Of a DNA stretch of 64,000 bases, positions 50,255 through 59,350 are shown piece after piece. The DNA is from Limnohabitans sp. (GTDB taxonomy: Bacteria > Pseudomonadota > Gammaproteobacteria > Burkholderiales > Burkholderiaceae_C). The notes under the pieces are model-generated. The model worked only from the letters and a program-made list of their open reading frames with translations. It was not told the DNA's origin and did not search any database. The position numbers and the translations under genes were made by a program. Location: positions 1,930-65,929 of the forward strand of contig NZ_JAOASQ010000017.1 of NCBI RefSeq assembly GCF_030158565.1, in the 5' to 3' direction. Numbering within the stretch: position 1 is the first letter of the stretch; every line of letters begins with the position of its first letter.

Positions 50255-51877
50255 ATGCCCACATCCGGCCTCATGATGAACCGCCCCCTGCTCATTTCGG
50301 GCATCCTCGAACACGGCGCTGCCCAATTCGGCGACCAGGAAATCGTCTCGCGCGAGACGCACGGCCCGCTGCACCGCACCACCTATGCCGAGACCGCCAA
50401 ACGCTCGCGCCAGCTGGCCAATGCCTTGGCCAAAATGGGCCTCAAGGCGGGCAGCGCGGTCGGCTCCATTGCATGGAACAACCACCGCCACCTGGAAGCC
50501 TATTACGCCGTCTCGGGCAGCGGCATGGTCATGCACACCTGCAACCCGCGCCTGCACCCGCAACAGCTGATCTATGTGATCAACCACGCCGAAGACGAGG
50601 TGGTGCTGTTTGACGCCACTTTTGCACCGCTGGTCAAAGGCATTGCCGCGCACTGCCCCAGGGTGCGTGCCTGGGTGTGCCTGGCCGATGCGGCCAACAC
50701 GCCCGCCATCGAAGGCGTGGCGAACGTGATGAATTACGAAGGCCTGATCACCGGGCACAGCGACAGCTTCGACTGGCCCGAGCTCGACGAACAAACCGGC
50801 GCAGCGCTGTGCTACACCTCGGGCACCACTGGCAACCCCAAAGGCGTGCTCTACACGCAACGCGCCATCGTGATGAACGCGACCACCGCCTGCCTGCCCG
50901 ATGTGCTGAGCCTGTCCACGCAAGAGACCATCTTGCCCGTGGTGCCCATGTTCCACATCAACGCCTGGTGCATCCCCTATGCCGCGCTGGTGGCGGGCAC
51001 CAAGCTGGTCTTGCCCGGCCCCAGGCTCGATGGCCCCAGTTTGTACGAATTGATGGACACCGAGCAGGTCACCATCAGCGCGGGCGTGCCGACCATCTGG
51101 ATGGGCTTGATCCAGCACGTGGAGCAAAACAATTTGCGCTTTGCCCACATGAAGCGCACTGCGGTTGGCGGCTCGGCCATGCCCATGGCGCTGATCGCCA
51201 AGTTCATGGACAACTACGGCGTGGAAGTGCGCCACGGCTGGGGCATGACAGAGACCACCGCGGTGGCCACCATGAGCAACCTGGGCCGCGCCGACCGCCT
51301 GCGCCCCGCTGCCGAGCAACACGCCATCGTGGCCAAGCAGGGCAAAACCGTCTCAGGCATCGAGATCAAGATCATCGATGAAAACGGGCACGATTTGCCC
51401 CGCGACGGCACTTCGCAAGGCGAGCTGATGGTGCGCGGCCAGTGGATCGTGGAGCGTTATTACAAGGCCGAAAAAACCGCATTGGTGGACGGCTGGTTCC
51501 CCACGGGCGACATCGCCACCATCGACGCGCAAGGCACCATGCAGATCCGCGACCGCACCAAGGACGTGATCAAAACCGGTGGCGAGTGGATCAGCTCCAT
51601 CGACCTGGAAAACGCCGCCATCGGCCACCCCGCCGTGGCCATGGCCGCCGTGATCGGCGTCAAGCACCCCAAGTGGGACGAGCGCCCATTGCTGTTCATC
51701 GTGCGCAAGCCGGGCCAAACGGTTGAGAAACAGGAGATCCTCGACTTCCTGGCCACGAAAGTGGCCAAGTGGTGGGTGCCCGACGATGTGGTCTTCCTCG
51801 AGTCGCTGCCCGTTGGCGGCACCGGCAAGGTTCAGAAGAACGACCTGCGCAAGGAATACGGCGGCGTGTTCAGCTGA
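50255..51877 (+). CDS. AMP-dependent acyl-CoA synthetase (fatty-acid--CoA ligase)
   Basis: 540 aa with the AMP-binding motif [14 protein letters not shown] and a C-terminal GKVQKNDLR. An alternative start is the MMN codon pair at 50273. Confidence 0.9.
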   Translation: MPTSGLMMNRPLLISGILEHGAAQFGDQEIVSRETHGPLHRTTYAETAKRSRQLANALAKMGLKAGSAVGSIAWNNHRHLEAYYAVSGSGMVMHTCNPRLHPQQLIYVINHAEDEVVLFDATFAPLVKGIAAHCPRVRAWVCLADAANTPAIEGVANVMNYEGLITGHSDSFDWPELDEQTGAALCYTSGTTGNPKGVLYTQRAIVMNATTACLPDVLSLSTQETILPVVPMFHINAWCIPYAALVAGTKLVLPGPRLDGPSLYELMDTEQVTISAGVPTIWMGLIQHVEQNNLRFAHMKRTAVGGSAMPMALIAKFMDNYGVEVRHGWGMTETTAVATMSNLGRADRLRPAAEQHAIVAKQGKTVSGIEIKIIDENGHDLPRDGTSQGELMVRGQWIVERYYKAEKTALVDGWFPTGDIATIDAQGTMQIRDRTKDVIKTGGEWISSIDLENAAIGHPAVAMAAVIGVKHPKWDERPLLFIVRKPGQTVEKQEILDFLATKVAKWWVPDDVVFLESLPVGGTGKVQKNDLRKEYGGVFS

Positions 51878-51914
51878 ACCTCCGCCTGCCGGAAACAGCG
51901 CCCAGCCTACCCAC

Positions 51915-52106
51915 TTGCCATGCCGGACCTGCTCCGGCATCCATCGTTCACGAGACCTGCCCTTGGCTTTGTCATGCCGGACCTGCTCCGGCATCCATGG
52001 TTGAACAGACATGGACCCCGGATCAAGTCCGGGGTGACAGATGGGGAACGCGGAGTGAGAGATAGGGAATGCTAGGTGACAAATGGGGACGTGCGGTGTG
52101 ACGCAT
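51915..52106. repeat. Composite REP-like block, copy 1 (two direct units, one inverted unit, 21-nt minisatellite)
   Basis: Units are TTGCCATGCCGGACCTGCTCCGGCATCCATCG, TTGTCATGCCGGACCTGCTCCGGCATCCATGG, and the inverted unit ACCCCGGATCAAGTCCGGGGTGACA, followed by the 21-nt repeats. Confidence 0.75.
52034..52105. repeat. 21-nt tandem repeat, about 3.4 units (GTGACAGATGGGGAACGCGGA-like)
   Basis: Units at 52034, 52055 and 52076 plus a partial unit at 52097. Each begins with the GTGACA right arm of the adjacent hairpin. Confidence 0.75.
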
Positions 52107-52312
52107 GACCTGCCCCTGGCTTTGTCATGCCGGACCTGATCCGGTATCCATCGTTCACGAGACTTGCACTTGACTTTGTCATGCCGGACTTGATCCGGCA
52201 TCCATGGTTAAACAGGCATGGGCCCCGGATCAAGTCCGGGGTGACAGATGGGGAACGCTGGGTGACAGATGAGGAACGCGAGGTGACAGATGGGGAATGC
52301 GGAGTGACAGCA
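52107..52312. repeat. Composite REP-like block, copy 2 (tandem duplicate of 51915-52106)
   Basis: The order of elements is the same as in copy 1, with point differences (for example CCGGACCTGATCCGGTATCC and CCGGACTTGATCCGGCATCC). It ends 5 nt before the GST stop codon. Confidence 0.75.
52241..52312. repeat. 21-nt tandem repeat, about 3.4 units
   Basis: Units are GTGACAGATGGGGAACGCTGG, GTGACAGATGAGGAACGCGAG, GTGACAGATGGGGAATGCGGA and the partial GTGACAGCA. Confidence 0.8.
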
Positions 52313-52317
52313 TTGCC

Positions 52318-52938
52318 TCAAGCCTTGGCGCTGGGCCGATCGTTCATGCGGTCGCGCCAAGCCTGCAAGGCGTGCATGCCCTCGTCACCGGGCACGAACT
52401 TCATCAGGCCGCGTGCAAACTCCATGGCGCAAAAGGCGGTGATGTCGGCAATCGTCAAGCGCTCGCCCGCGATCCAGGGCTGGCTTTGCAGGCTTTGGTC
52501 AAACCAGCGGGCGACGTCGCGCACCTTCTCGGCCTGCGAACGGCCAAACTCGGGGAACTGCGGTTTTTCCAGCGCGGCCAGGCCCGGGTGACTGTGGCGG
52601 ATCGCGTTGGCAATGCCGCCCAGCAAATACAGCTCCACGCGGCGGTCGGCCATCTCGATGAAACCCCGCTCGTCACCGTCCACACCCATCAAGTTCGGCT
52701 CAGGGTAACGCCCTTCCAGCAAGGTGCAAATCGCCCGCGTCTCGGTGATCACGCGGCCATCGTCCAGCTCCAGCGCGGGCACTTTGGCCAGCGGGCTTTT
52801 GGCCAAATATTCAGGCTGACGGTGCTCGCCGCCGTTCAGGTCCATGTTGACCATCTCGATGTTGGTGATGTTTTTCTCGACCAAAAACATCAGCACCCGG
52901 CGGGGGCTGGGGGCGCGGTGGGCGGTGTAAAGCTTCAT
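52318..52938 (-). CDS. Glutathione S-transferase
   Basis: 206 aa with an N-terminal thioredoxin-like GST domain ([24 protein letters not shown]) and a helical C-domain. Confidence 0.85.
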   Translation of the reverse strand: MKLYTAHRAPSPRRVLMFLVEKNITNIEMVNMDLNGGEHRQPEYLAKSPLAKVPALELDDGRVITETRAICTLLEGRYPEPNLMGVDGDERGFIEMADRRVELYLLGGIANAIRHSHPGLAALEKPQFPEFGRSQAEKVRDVARWFDQSLQSQPWIAGERLTIADITAFCAMEFARGLMKFVPGDEGMHALQAWRDRMNDRPSAKA

Positions 52939-53645
52939 GGCTTGTCCTTATTGGCTTGACCCATCTCGACCATCTTGCGGGCCTCTTCAGAGAACTTCTT
53001 GGCGGCCTCATCACCGTCTTTGCTGAGGTTGATGCGCGACGGTGGCACTTCGATGCCGCGCAGCACTGCGGGGCGCTGGCGGATCGCATCAAGCCAGCGC
53101 TTGAGGTGCGACAAGTCATCCACCTCCACGCCCGACCAGCGGTGCGTCCGCACCCAAGCCCAGTTGGCGATGTCGGCAATCGAATAATCGCCCGCCAGGT
53201 ATTCGTGGTCTTTCAGGTGGCCATCGAGCACCTTGAACAGGCGGCGGCTCTCGCCCTGGTAGCGGTCAATTGCGGGCTGGATCTTTTCCGGAAAGTAGCG
53301 GAAGAACACATTGGCCTGCCCCATCATTGGCCCGATGCCGCCCATCTGGAACATCAGCCACTGCAGCACGCGCGAGCGGCCCTTGGCATCCGTGGGCATG
53401 AGCTGGCCGGTTTTTTCTGCCAGGTAAATCAGGCAAGCGCCCGACTCGAACACCGCAAAGTCATCGGCACTGCGGTCCACGATGGCAGGGATGCGGCCAT
53501 TGGGGCAGATCGCCAAAAAGTCAGGCTGCTTTTGCTCGCCCTTGGACAGGTCCAGCACCTTGAGCGTGTAGGGCAGCGCCAATTCTTCAAGCACGATGGA
53601 AACTTTGTGCCCGTTGGGCGTGGCGGCGGTGTAGAGGTCGATCAT
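52935..53645 (-). CDS. Glutathione S-transferase, YfcG/Nu-class-like
   Basis: 236 aa with [26 protein letters not shown]...NGRIPAIVD...[13 protein letters not shown]. It overlaps the downstream GST gene by 4 nt. Confidence 0.85.
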   Translation of the reverse strand: MIDLYTAATPNGHKVSIVLEELALPYTLKVLDLSKGEQKQPDFLAICPNGRIPAIVDRSADDFAVFESGACLIYLAEKTGQLMPTDAKGRSRVLQWLMFQMGGIGPMMGQANVFFRYFPEKIQPAIDRYQGESRRLFKVLDGHLKDHEYLAGDYSIADIANWAWVRTHRWSGVEVDDLSHLKRWLDAIRQRPAVLRGIEVPPSRINLSKDGDEAAKKFSEEARKMVEMGQANKDKP

Positions 53646-53786
53646 GGGCGCAGGCTATCAGCCGTGTGCAGGCGGGGCTGGCGCGCAGATGACAGCCAGT
53701 CTCGCGGCGGACAGCGCTGGGCCATCGCTGCCTTTCCAATAGAGACATGACAGACTGCTGCACCATTTTTCAAAGACACTCAGCCC

Positions 53787-54974
53787 ATGAACTTTGACAT
53801 CCCCCCAGAGATCGCGGCGCTGCGTGAGCGCACCCGCAAATTCATCGCCGAGCAAGTGATCCCCCTCGAAGGCGACCCACGCCATGGCCCGCACGGCCCC
53901 TCCGAGGACTTGCGCCAAGAGCTGATCGGCCGGGCACGCGCTGCGGGTTTGCTCACGCCCCACGCCTCGGTCGCGATGGGCGGACTGGGCCTGAGCCACA
54001 TCGCCAAAGCGGTGGTGTTTGAAGAAGCCGGTTACTCCAACCTGGGGCCGACCGCGCTCAACATCCACGCGCCCGACGAAGGCAACATCCACCTCATGGA
54101 AGAAGTGGCCACCCCGGCGCAAAAAGAGCGCTGGCTGCGGCCTCAAGTGGCGGGACTGACGCGCTCGTGCTTTGCCATGACCGAACCCGCGCCCGGCGCA
54201 GGGGCCGATCCGTCCATGCTGATGACCACCGCCGTGCGCGACGGCGACGATTACCTGATCAATGGCATGAAGTGGTTCATCACCGGGGCTGAAGGCGCGC
54301 ACTACGCCATCGTCATGGCGCGCATGGAAGATGGCACGGCCACCATGTTTTTGACCGACATGGACAAGCCCGGCATTCGGCTGGAGCGCAACATGGACGC
54401 GATGGACAACTGCTTCACCGGCGGCCACGGCGTGCTGCGCTTTGACAACTTGCGCGTGCCCGCCACCGATGTGCTGGGCGAAGTGGGCCAAGGCTTTCGA
54501 TACGCACAAGTGCGCTTGGCGCCTGCGCGGTTGACCCACTGCATGCGCTGGCTGGGCCAAGCCCGCCGGGCACACGACATTGCGTTGGACTACGCCAGCC
54601 GCCGCCAGGCCTTTGGCAAACCCCTGGCCGAACACGAAGGCGTGGGCTTCATGCTGGCCGACAACGACATCGACCTGCACACCGCCCGCCTGCACATCTG
54701 GCACACCGCCTGGCTGCTGGACCAAGGGCAAAAAGGCGGCTTTGAGTCGAGCCGCGCCAAAGTGGCCTGCTCAGAAGCAGAATGGCGCGTGGTGGACCGG
54801 TGTGTGCAGATTTTGGGCGGCCAAGGCGTGACAGCCGAAACGCCCGTGATGCGCATCTTCATGGACATGCGCGCCTTCAGGGTCTATGACGGCCCCAGCG
54901 AAGTCCACCGCTGGAGCATGGCGCGCAAGCTGGTTTACAAGGCGCAAAAGGGGCAACAAGCGGCGCAGGGGTGA
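53787..54974 (+). CDS. Acyl-CoA dehydrogenase
   Basis: 395 aa with ACAD blocks (CFAMTEPAPGAGADPS, KWFITGA, QILGGQGV). Confidence 0.9.
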   Translation: MNFDIPPEIAALRERTRKFIAEQVIPLEGDPRHGPHGPSEDLRQELIGRARAAGLLTPHASVAMGGLGLSHIAKAVVFEEAGYSNLGPTALNIHAPDEGNIHLMEEVATPAQKERWLRPQVAGLTRSCFAMTEPAPGAGADPSMLMTTAVRDGDDYLINGMKWFITGAEGAHYAIVMARMEDGTATMFLTDMDKPGIRLERNMDAMDNCFTGGHGVLRFDNLRVPATDVLGEVGQGFRYAQVRLAPARLTHCMRWLGQARRAHDIALDYASRRQAFGKPLAEHEGVGFMLADNDIDLHTARLHIWHTAWLLDQGQKGGFESSRAKVACSEAEWRVVDRCVQILGGQGVTAETPVMRIFMDMRAFRVYDGPSEVHRWSMARKLVYKAQKGQQAAQG

Positions 54975-55036
54975 TGCGCCGTGTCAACGTTCGAAAGATC
55001 ACCCTAGCACCCCAAAGCGACGGGCGCTGAAAGCCT

Positions 55037-55879
55037 TCAGCGCTTGGCCGCTTCCAGCGTGTCCCGCGTTTGCATGGCCACCTTGCGGGCAGCAGCAGCA
55101 AAGTCATCACCGCTCGATGCATAAAGCACCGCACGCGAGGAGTTGACGATGATGGGGCCTGCGCTGGAACCGTCGGCGTTGGCGCGCCAGCCGGCCTTGA
55201 CGGTGGCGACCGCGTCGCCGCCTTGTGCGCCCACACCGGGGATCAACAGGGGCACGGTGGGGGCCAATGCACGCACGCGCTCGATCTCGGCCGGGTAGGT
55301 CGCACCGACCACCAGACCCAGCTGGCCGTTCAGGTTCCAAGGGCCTTGGGCCAAACGGGCCACATGCTCGTACAAGAGCGGCTGCCCCTCGACCGAAGCC
55401 AGGCGCTGGTTTTGCAGATCATCCCCACCGGGGTTGGAGGTGCGGCACAACAAGAACGCGCCTTTGCCGTGGTACTTCAAATACGGGGCCACCGAGTCCC
55501 AGCCCATGAAGGGCGACAGGGTCACGGCATCGGCCCCGTAACGCTCAAACGCTTCGATGGCGTATTGCTCGGCGGTCGAGCCAATATCGCCACGCTTGGC
55601 GTCCAGAATGATCGGCACATGGGGCGCGACACGGCGCATGTGCTCCATCAAACGCTCCAGCTGGCCTTCGGCGCGGTGGGCGGCAAAGTAGGCAATTTGG
55701 GGTTTGAAACTGTTCACCAGATCGGCGGTGGCATCGACGATGGATGCGCAGAAATCGTAAATCTTGTTCGAGTCGCCCTTGATGCGGTCCGGGAACTTGG
55801 TGGGCTCAGGGTCCAGGCCCACACAAAGCATGGAGCCGTTTTGGCGCTCGGCGGTGCGCAACATGTCGAGGAAGGTCAT
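55037..55879 (-). CDS. pyrF: Orotidine 5'-phosphate decarboxylase (type 2, long form)
   Basis: 280 aa with [22 protein letters not shown] and PGVGAQGGD blocks. Confidence 0.92.
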   Translation of the reverse strand: MTFLDMLRTAERQNGSMLCVGLDPEPTKFPDRIKGDSNKIYDFCASIVDATADLVNSFKPQIAYFAAHRAEGQLERLMEHMRRVAPHVPIILDAKRGDIGSTAEQYAIEAFERYGADAVTLSPFMGWDSVAPYLKYHGKGAFLLCRTSNPGGDDLQNQRLASVEGQPLLYEHVARLAQGPWNLNGQLGLVVGATYPAEIERVRALAPTVPLLIPGVGAQGGDAVATVKAGWRANADGSSAGPIIVNSSRAVLYASSGDDFAAAARKVAMQTRDTLEAAKR

Positions 55880-55950
55880 AGGCCCATTTTAAAGACGGGG
55901 GCGATGGATCCGGCCCGGTGGGGTGAAATTTCAGCACAGCCCCTGTTTGT

Positions 55951-56094
55951 GTCGTCCCGGGCGAAGAAGCGGTATCCATTGCGCAGTGCGGCCCTTTGTT
56001 TTGTCATCCCGGGCGGAGACCCGGGATCCAGTGTGCAGCGCTGACCTTTGCAAATGCTGGTTGCGTGCAGTGGATCCCGGATCGAGTCCGGGAT
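55951..56094. repeat. Composite REP-like block (degenerate unit, direct unit, inverted unit)
   Basis: Units are GTCGTCCCGGGCGAAGAAGCGGTATCCATTG (degenerate), TTGTCATCCCGGGCGGAGACCCGGGATCCAGTG (56001-56033) and the inverted GATCCCGGATCGAGTCCGGGATGACA (56073-56098). The layout matches the 51.9-52.3 kb blocks. Confidence 0.75.
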
Positions 56095-56220
56095 GACAAA
56101 CTGAAAGTCCAGGACAAACTGAAAGTCCAGGACAAACTGAAAGTCCAGGACAAACTGAAAGTCCGGAACAAACTGAAAGTCCGGAACAAACTGAAAGTTC
56201 GAGACAAACTGAAGGTTCGG
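56095..56220. repeat. 18-nt tandem repeat x7 (GACAAACTGAAAGTCCAG)
   Basis: Seven contiguous 18-nt units. The first three are identical and later units drift (AACAAACTGAAAGTCCGG, GACAAACTGAAGGTTCGG). Two more degenerate units extend to about 56262. The array grows out of the right arm of the adjacent hairpin. Confidence 0.9.
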
Positions 56221-56293
56221 GATGACAGATTAAAGGCCCGGGATGACGGATGGGATCTGACATTTGCAGACTTCACGGGGTGTGATCTATAAG

Positions 56294-57193
56294 ATGCCGG
56301 TCATGCACAAACTCTCTCCCCGCCAATGGACCGTTCTGGTCCTGCTCACCCTCGTTTGGGGCTTCAACTGGCCGATCATGAAAATCGGCGTCACCGGATT
56401 TCCGCCACTGACCTTTCGCACCATTTGCATGTGGCTGGGCACGCCGGTGCTGGGCTTGGTGCTGTTGGCCCAAGGTGTGTCTTTTCGCATCGAGCGCAAA
56501 CATTGGCGCGAACTGCTGACGCTGGCCACCTTCAACATGGTTTTCTGGCACAGCCTGATCATCGTGGCCGTGCAGTCGCTGTCCAGCGGACGGGCTGCGA
56601 TTTTGAGCTACACCATGCCCATGTTTTCGGCAGCACTGGGGGCCTTGGTGTTCGGGGACCGGCTGGCCAAGCGGGCTTGGGGCGGAGTGGCGGTGGCATC
56701 GGTGGGTGTGGTCCTGCTGCTGTGGCACGAGATCTCCAACCTGAGCGGCAAGCCGGTCGGCGTATTCCTGGCCTTGGGGGCGGCCAGCACCTGGGCGCTG
56801 GGCACACAGCTGCTGCGCCGCACCAAGATGCCGGTGTCCACGCTGACGATTGCTTTCTGGATGGCGACCCTGACCACGGTGGTGATGAGCGTGCTGGCCG
56901 TGCTGCTGGAGCGCGATCAGTGGCATGCGCCATCTGAGGCCACCTGGGGGGCGATCGTCTTCAATGCCTTGCTGGTGTTTGGCTTTGCGCAGGCGGCCTG
57001 GTTCTATCTGGCCCGCAGCCTGCCACCCGTGGCCTCGACACTCAGCGTGATGCTGATCCCGGTGCTGGGTGTTTTCAGCGGCGCGGTGTTGCTGGGTGAG
57101 GTGTTGCACTGGCAAGACTGGGCCGCCGTAGGCTTGATGATGGTGTCGATCGTGGCGGTGCTCTGGCCCCAACGGGCAACCGCATCCCGCTGA
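56294..57193 (+). CDS. EamA/DMT family transporter
   Basis: ORF 56264.. trimmed to the ATG at 56294 (MPVMHKLSPRQWTVLVLLTLVWGFNWPIMK), with ATG 56303 as an alternative. It has 10 TM segments as two EamA repeats. Confidence 0.85.
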   Translation: MPVMHKLSPRQWTVLVLLTLVWGFNWPIMKIGVTGFPPLTFRTICMWLGTPVLGLVLLAQGVSFRIERKHWRELLTLATFNMVFWHSLIIVAVQSLSSGRAAILSYTMPMFSAALGALVFGDRLAKRAWGGVAVASVGVVLLLWHEISNLSGKPVGVFLALGAASTWALGTQLLRRTKMPVSTLTIAFWMATLTTVVMSVLAVLLERDQWHAPSEATWGAIVFNALLVFGFAQAAWFYLARSLPPVASTLSVMLIPVLGVFSGAVLLGEVLHWQDWAAVGLMMVSIVAVLWPQRATASR

Positions 57194-57242
57194 AACCCAA
57201 TGCTATAGTTTTCTCAAACATTTCAACAAACGGGGGATCACC

Positions 57243-57848
57243 ATGTTTCAAACTTCTTTGCGTCGCCTGCTGGGCGGCATGGCGCTGGTCAGCACACTGA
57301 GCCTGACGGGCTGTGGCTACAACGACTTCCAGCGCCTGGATGAGCAGTCGCTATCGGGCTGGTCGGAGGTGCTCAACCAGTACCAGCGCCGCGCAGACCT
57401 GATCCCCAACATCGTGGCCACCGTCAAGGGCGAGGCCAACTTCGAGCAGGAAACACTGACCAAGGTGGTCGAGGCCCGTGCCAAGGCGACCAGCATCCAG
57501 GTCACACCCGAGACCCTGAAAGACCCCGAGGCCATGAAGAAGTTCCAGGCCGCACAAGGCGAGCTGAGCAGCGCCTTGTCGCGCTTGCTGGTGGTGTCGG
57601 AGAACTACCCCAACCTCAAGGCCAACCAGGGCTTTGCCGATCTGCGCGTGCAGCTGGAAGGCACGGAAAACCGCATCACCGTGGCGCGCAACCGCTACAT
57701 CAAGACCGTGCAGGACTACAACGTGCTGGCGCGCAGCTTCCCGACCAACCTGACCGCCATGGTCATGGGCTACAAACCGAAAGCGAACTTCTCGGTGGCC
57801 AATGAGGCGGCCATCTCGGCACCACCCAAAGTGGACTTCGGCAAGTGA
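57243..57848 (+). CDS. lemA: LemA family protein
   Basis: 201 aa with an N-terminal lipobox-like LSLTGCGYN and the LemA core (NQYQRRADLIPNIV...ENRITVARNRYI). Confidence 0.9.
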   Translation: MFQTSLRRLLGGMALVSTLSLTGCGYNDFQRLDEQSLSGWSEVLNQYQRRADLIPNIVATVKGEANFEQETLTKVVEARAKATSIQVTPETLKDPEAMKKFQAAQGELSSALSRLLVVSENYPNLKANQGFADLRVQLEGTENRITVARNRYIKTVQDYNVLARSFPTNLTAMVMGYKPKANFSVANEAAISAPPKVDFGK

Positions 57849-58774
57849 TGTCCCGGCGCCTTGGGCGCTGGCTGAGCGCCCTACTGACCTGCTGCTGGCT
57901 GGTGCTGCCGTGCTGGGCTGCCGACACAGCAGGCCTGCAAACGGTGCCCGCCTTGCGGGCACACGTGATGGACGAAACGGGCACGCTGGCCGCCTCCGAT
58001 GCGGCTGCGCTCGAGCAGCAACTCACCGCTTTTGAACGCGAACGCGGCGCGCAAATCGTGGTCTTGCTGGTGAGCACCACGGCGCCTGAAGACATTGCCG
58101 ATTACAGCCAGCGTGTGGCCGAAGCCTGGAAGCTGGGCCGCGCAGGTGTGGGCGACGGCTTGCTGCTGGTCGCTGCGCTGCAAGACCGCCGCGTGCGGAT
58201 CGCACCCTACAAAACTCTGGAAGGGGCCATCCCCGATGTGGTGGCCAAACGCATCATTGACCAGCAGATCGTGCCGGCCTTTCGGCGCGGTGACTATGCC
58301 GGTGGCCTGCGCGATGCGCTGACGCAGCTGCAAGCCCGCATCATGGGCGAGGCGCTGCCCGAACCCACCGCACCGCCCCCTCGCCCGCAGATCGACGAGT
58401 TCGACATCGTGGAGGCGGCCATGCTGCTCTTGGTGGTGGCGCCGCTCATCACCGGTGTGCTGCGCCAAATGTTGGGGCAACGCATGGGCGCCCTGGTCGG
58501 TGCTGCCGCGGCGAGCTTTCTGGTCTGGCAAATCACACAACGCGCCTGGATGGCGGTGCTGGCGGGGTTGATCGGCTTTTTTGGCGGCCTGCTCAGCCGG
58601 GGCCTGCCGGTCACGGGCGCACGCCATGGCGGCGGCTGGGGCGGCCACTCAGGCGGCGCTTGGGGTGATAGAGGCGGCTTCGGTGGCGGTGGCAACGGCG
58701 GTTTCGGCGGTGGCGGCATGTCATCGGGGGGTGGCGGAGACGGTGGCGGCGGTGGCGCCTCGGGAGGCTGGTGA
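57845..58774 (+). CDS. TPM domain protein (YgcG-like) with TM segments and a Gly-rich tail
   Basis: 309 aa with the TPM phosphatase-like domain (HVMDETGTLAASDAAALEQQL...QIVVLLVSTT...DGLLLVAALQDRRVRI), two TM helices and a GGGxGG tail. It overlaps lemA by 4 nt. Confidence 0.85.
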   Translation: MMSRRLGRWLSALLTCCWLVLPCWAADTAGLQTVPALRAHVMDETGTLAASDAAALEQQLTAFERERGAQIVVLLVSTTAPEDIADYSQRVAEAWKLGRAGVGDGLLLVAALQDRRVRIAPYKTLEGAIPDVVAKRIIDQQIVPAFRRGDYAGGLRDALTQLQARIMGEALPEPTAPPPRPQIDEFDIVEAAMLLLVVAPLITGVLRQMLGQRMGALVGAAAASFLVWQITQRAWMAVLAGLIGFFGGLLSRGLPVTGARHGGGWGGHSGGAWGDRGGFGGGGNGGFGGGGMSSGGGGDGGGGGASGGW

Positions 58775-59322
58775 TGACTGAACGTGAATCCCTGTGGCCA
58801 TGGCTGCTGCGGCTTTGGCGCCACCTGTGGCAAAGCGAACGTGCCGCCTGGCAAGCCGTGCCCGACGACATGGTCGATCGCCTGACCCGGCGTGTGCGAG
58901 CCAGCGAGCAAAGGCATGCCGGTCAGGTGGTGGTGTGCATTGAAGGCGCATGGCCGCTGAGCTATGCGTGGCGTGCCGGTCGGCAGGCGCCCTTGTCTGC
59001 GGTCATGCGCCAACGCGCCATGGCCTGGTTTGGGCGGCTGCAGGTCTGGGACACCGAGCACAACAACGGCGTGCTGATTTACCTCTTGCTGGCCGAGCGC
59101 CGCATCGAGATCGTGGCCGACAGGGGCCTGATGCGGCACACCAGCGAAGCCCATTGGCAAGCGGTGTTGCAGGCTTTGCGCCAGCCCTTGCAGCAAGGTG
59201 ATTTCGAAGGCGGCCTGACGCAAGCCCTGGCAGCCGCGTCAGCGCTGTTGGTGGCGCATTGCCCTGTGGCGGAAGGTGCCCATAGCCCCAATGAATTGCC
59301 GGACCTCATCGTGAGGGCCTGA
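58771..59322 (+). CDS. TPM domain protein (third gene of the lemA operon)
   Basis: 183 aa containing SEQRHAGQVVVCIEG...NNGVLIYLLLAERRIEIVADRG. The start overlaps the previous stop (GTGATG). Confidence 0.8.
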   Translation: MMTERESLWPWLLRLWRHLWQSERAAWQAVPDDMVDRLTRRVRASEQRHAGQVVVCIEGAWPLSYAWRAGRQAPLSAVMRQRAMAWFGRLQVWDTEHNNGVLIYLLLAERRIEIVADRGLMRHTSEAHWQAVLQALRQPLQQGDFEGGLTQALAAASALLVAHCPVAEGAHSPNELPDLIVRA

Positions 59323-59350
59323 AGACAGGCACCCGAATGAGGCGCGGGCT

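Noticed and set aside
50165-51322. 385-aa minus-strand ORF
   Set aside because: It is antisense to the acyl-CoA synthetase gene and is a shadow ORF.
51353-52201. 282-aa minus-strand ORF, plus small ORFs 51769..52065 and 52127..52591
   Set aside because: They are read through the REP/minisatellite blocks, giving peptides such as CHPGLDPGS and MPDLIRYP. Their sequence is explained by the repeats, with no RBS or independent support.
56095-56220. Possible CRISPR array
   Set aside because: The repeats are directly abutting 18-mers with no spacers, and no cas genes are nearby. It is a minisatellite, not a CRISPR array.
55996-56292. 98-aa ORF with DKLKVQ hexapeptide repeats (and its antisense 90-110 aa ORFs)
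   Set aside because: It is a translation artefact of the 18-nt tandem array. It starts inside a REP unit with no RBS, and equivalent ORFs appear on both strands.
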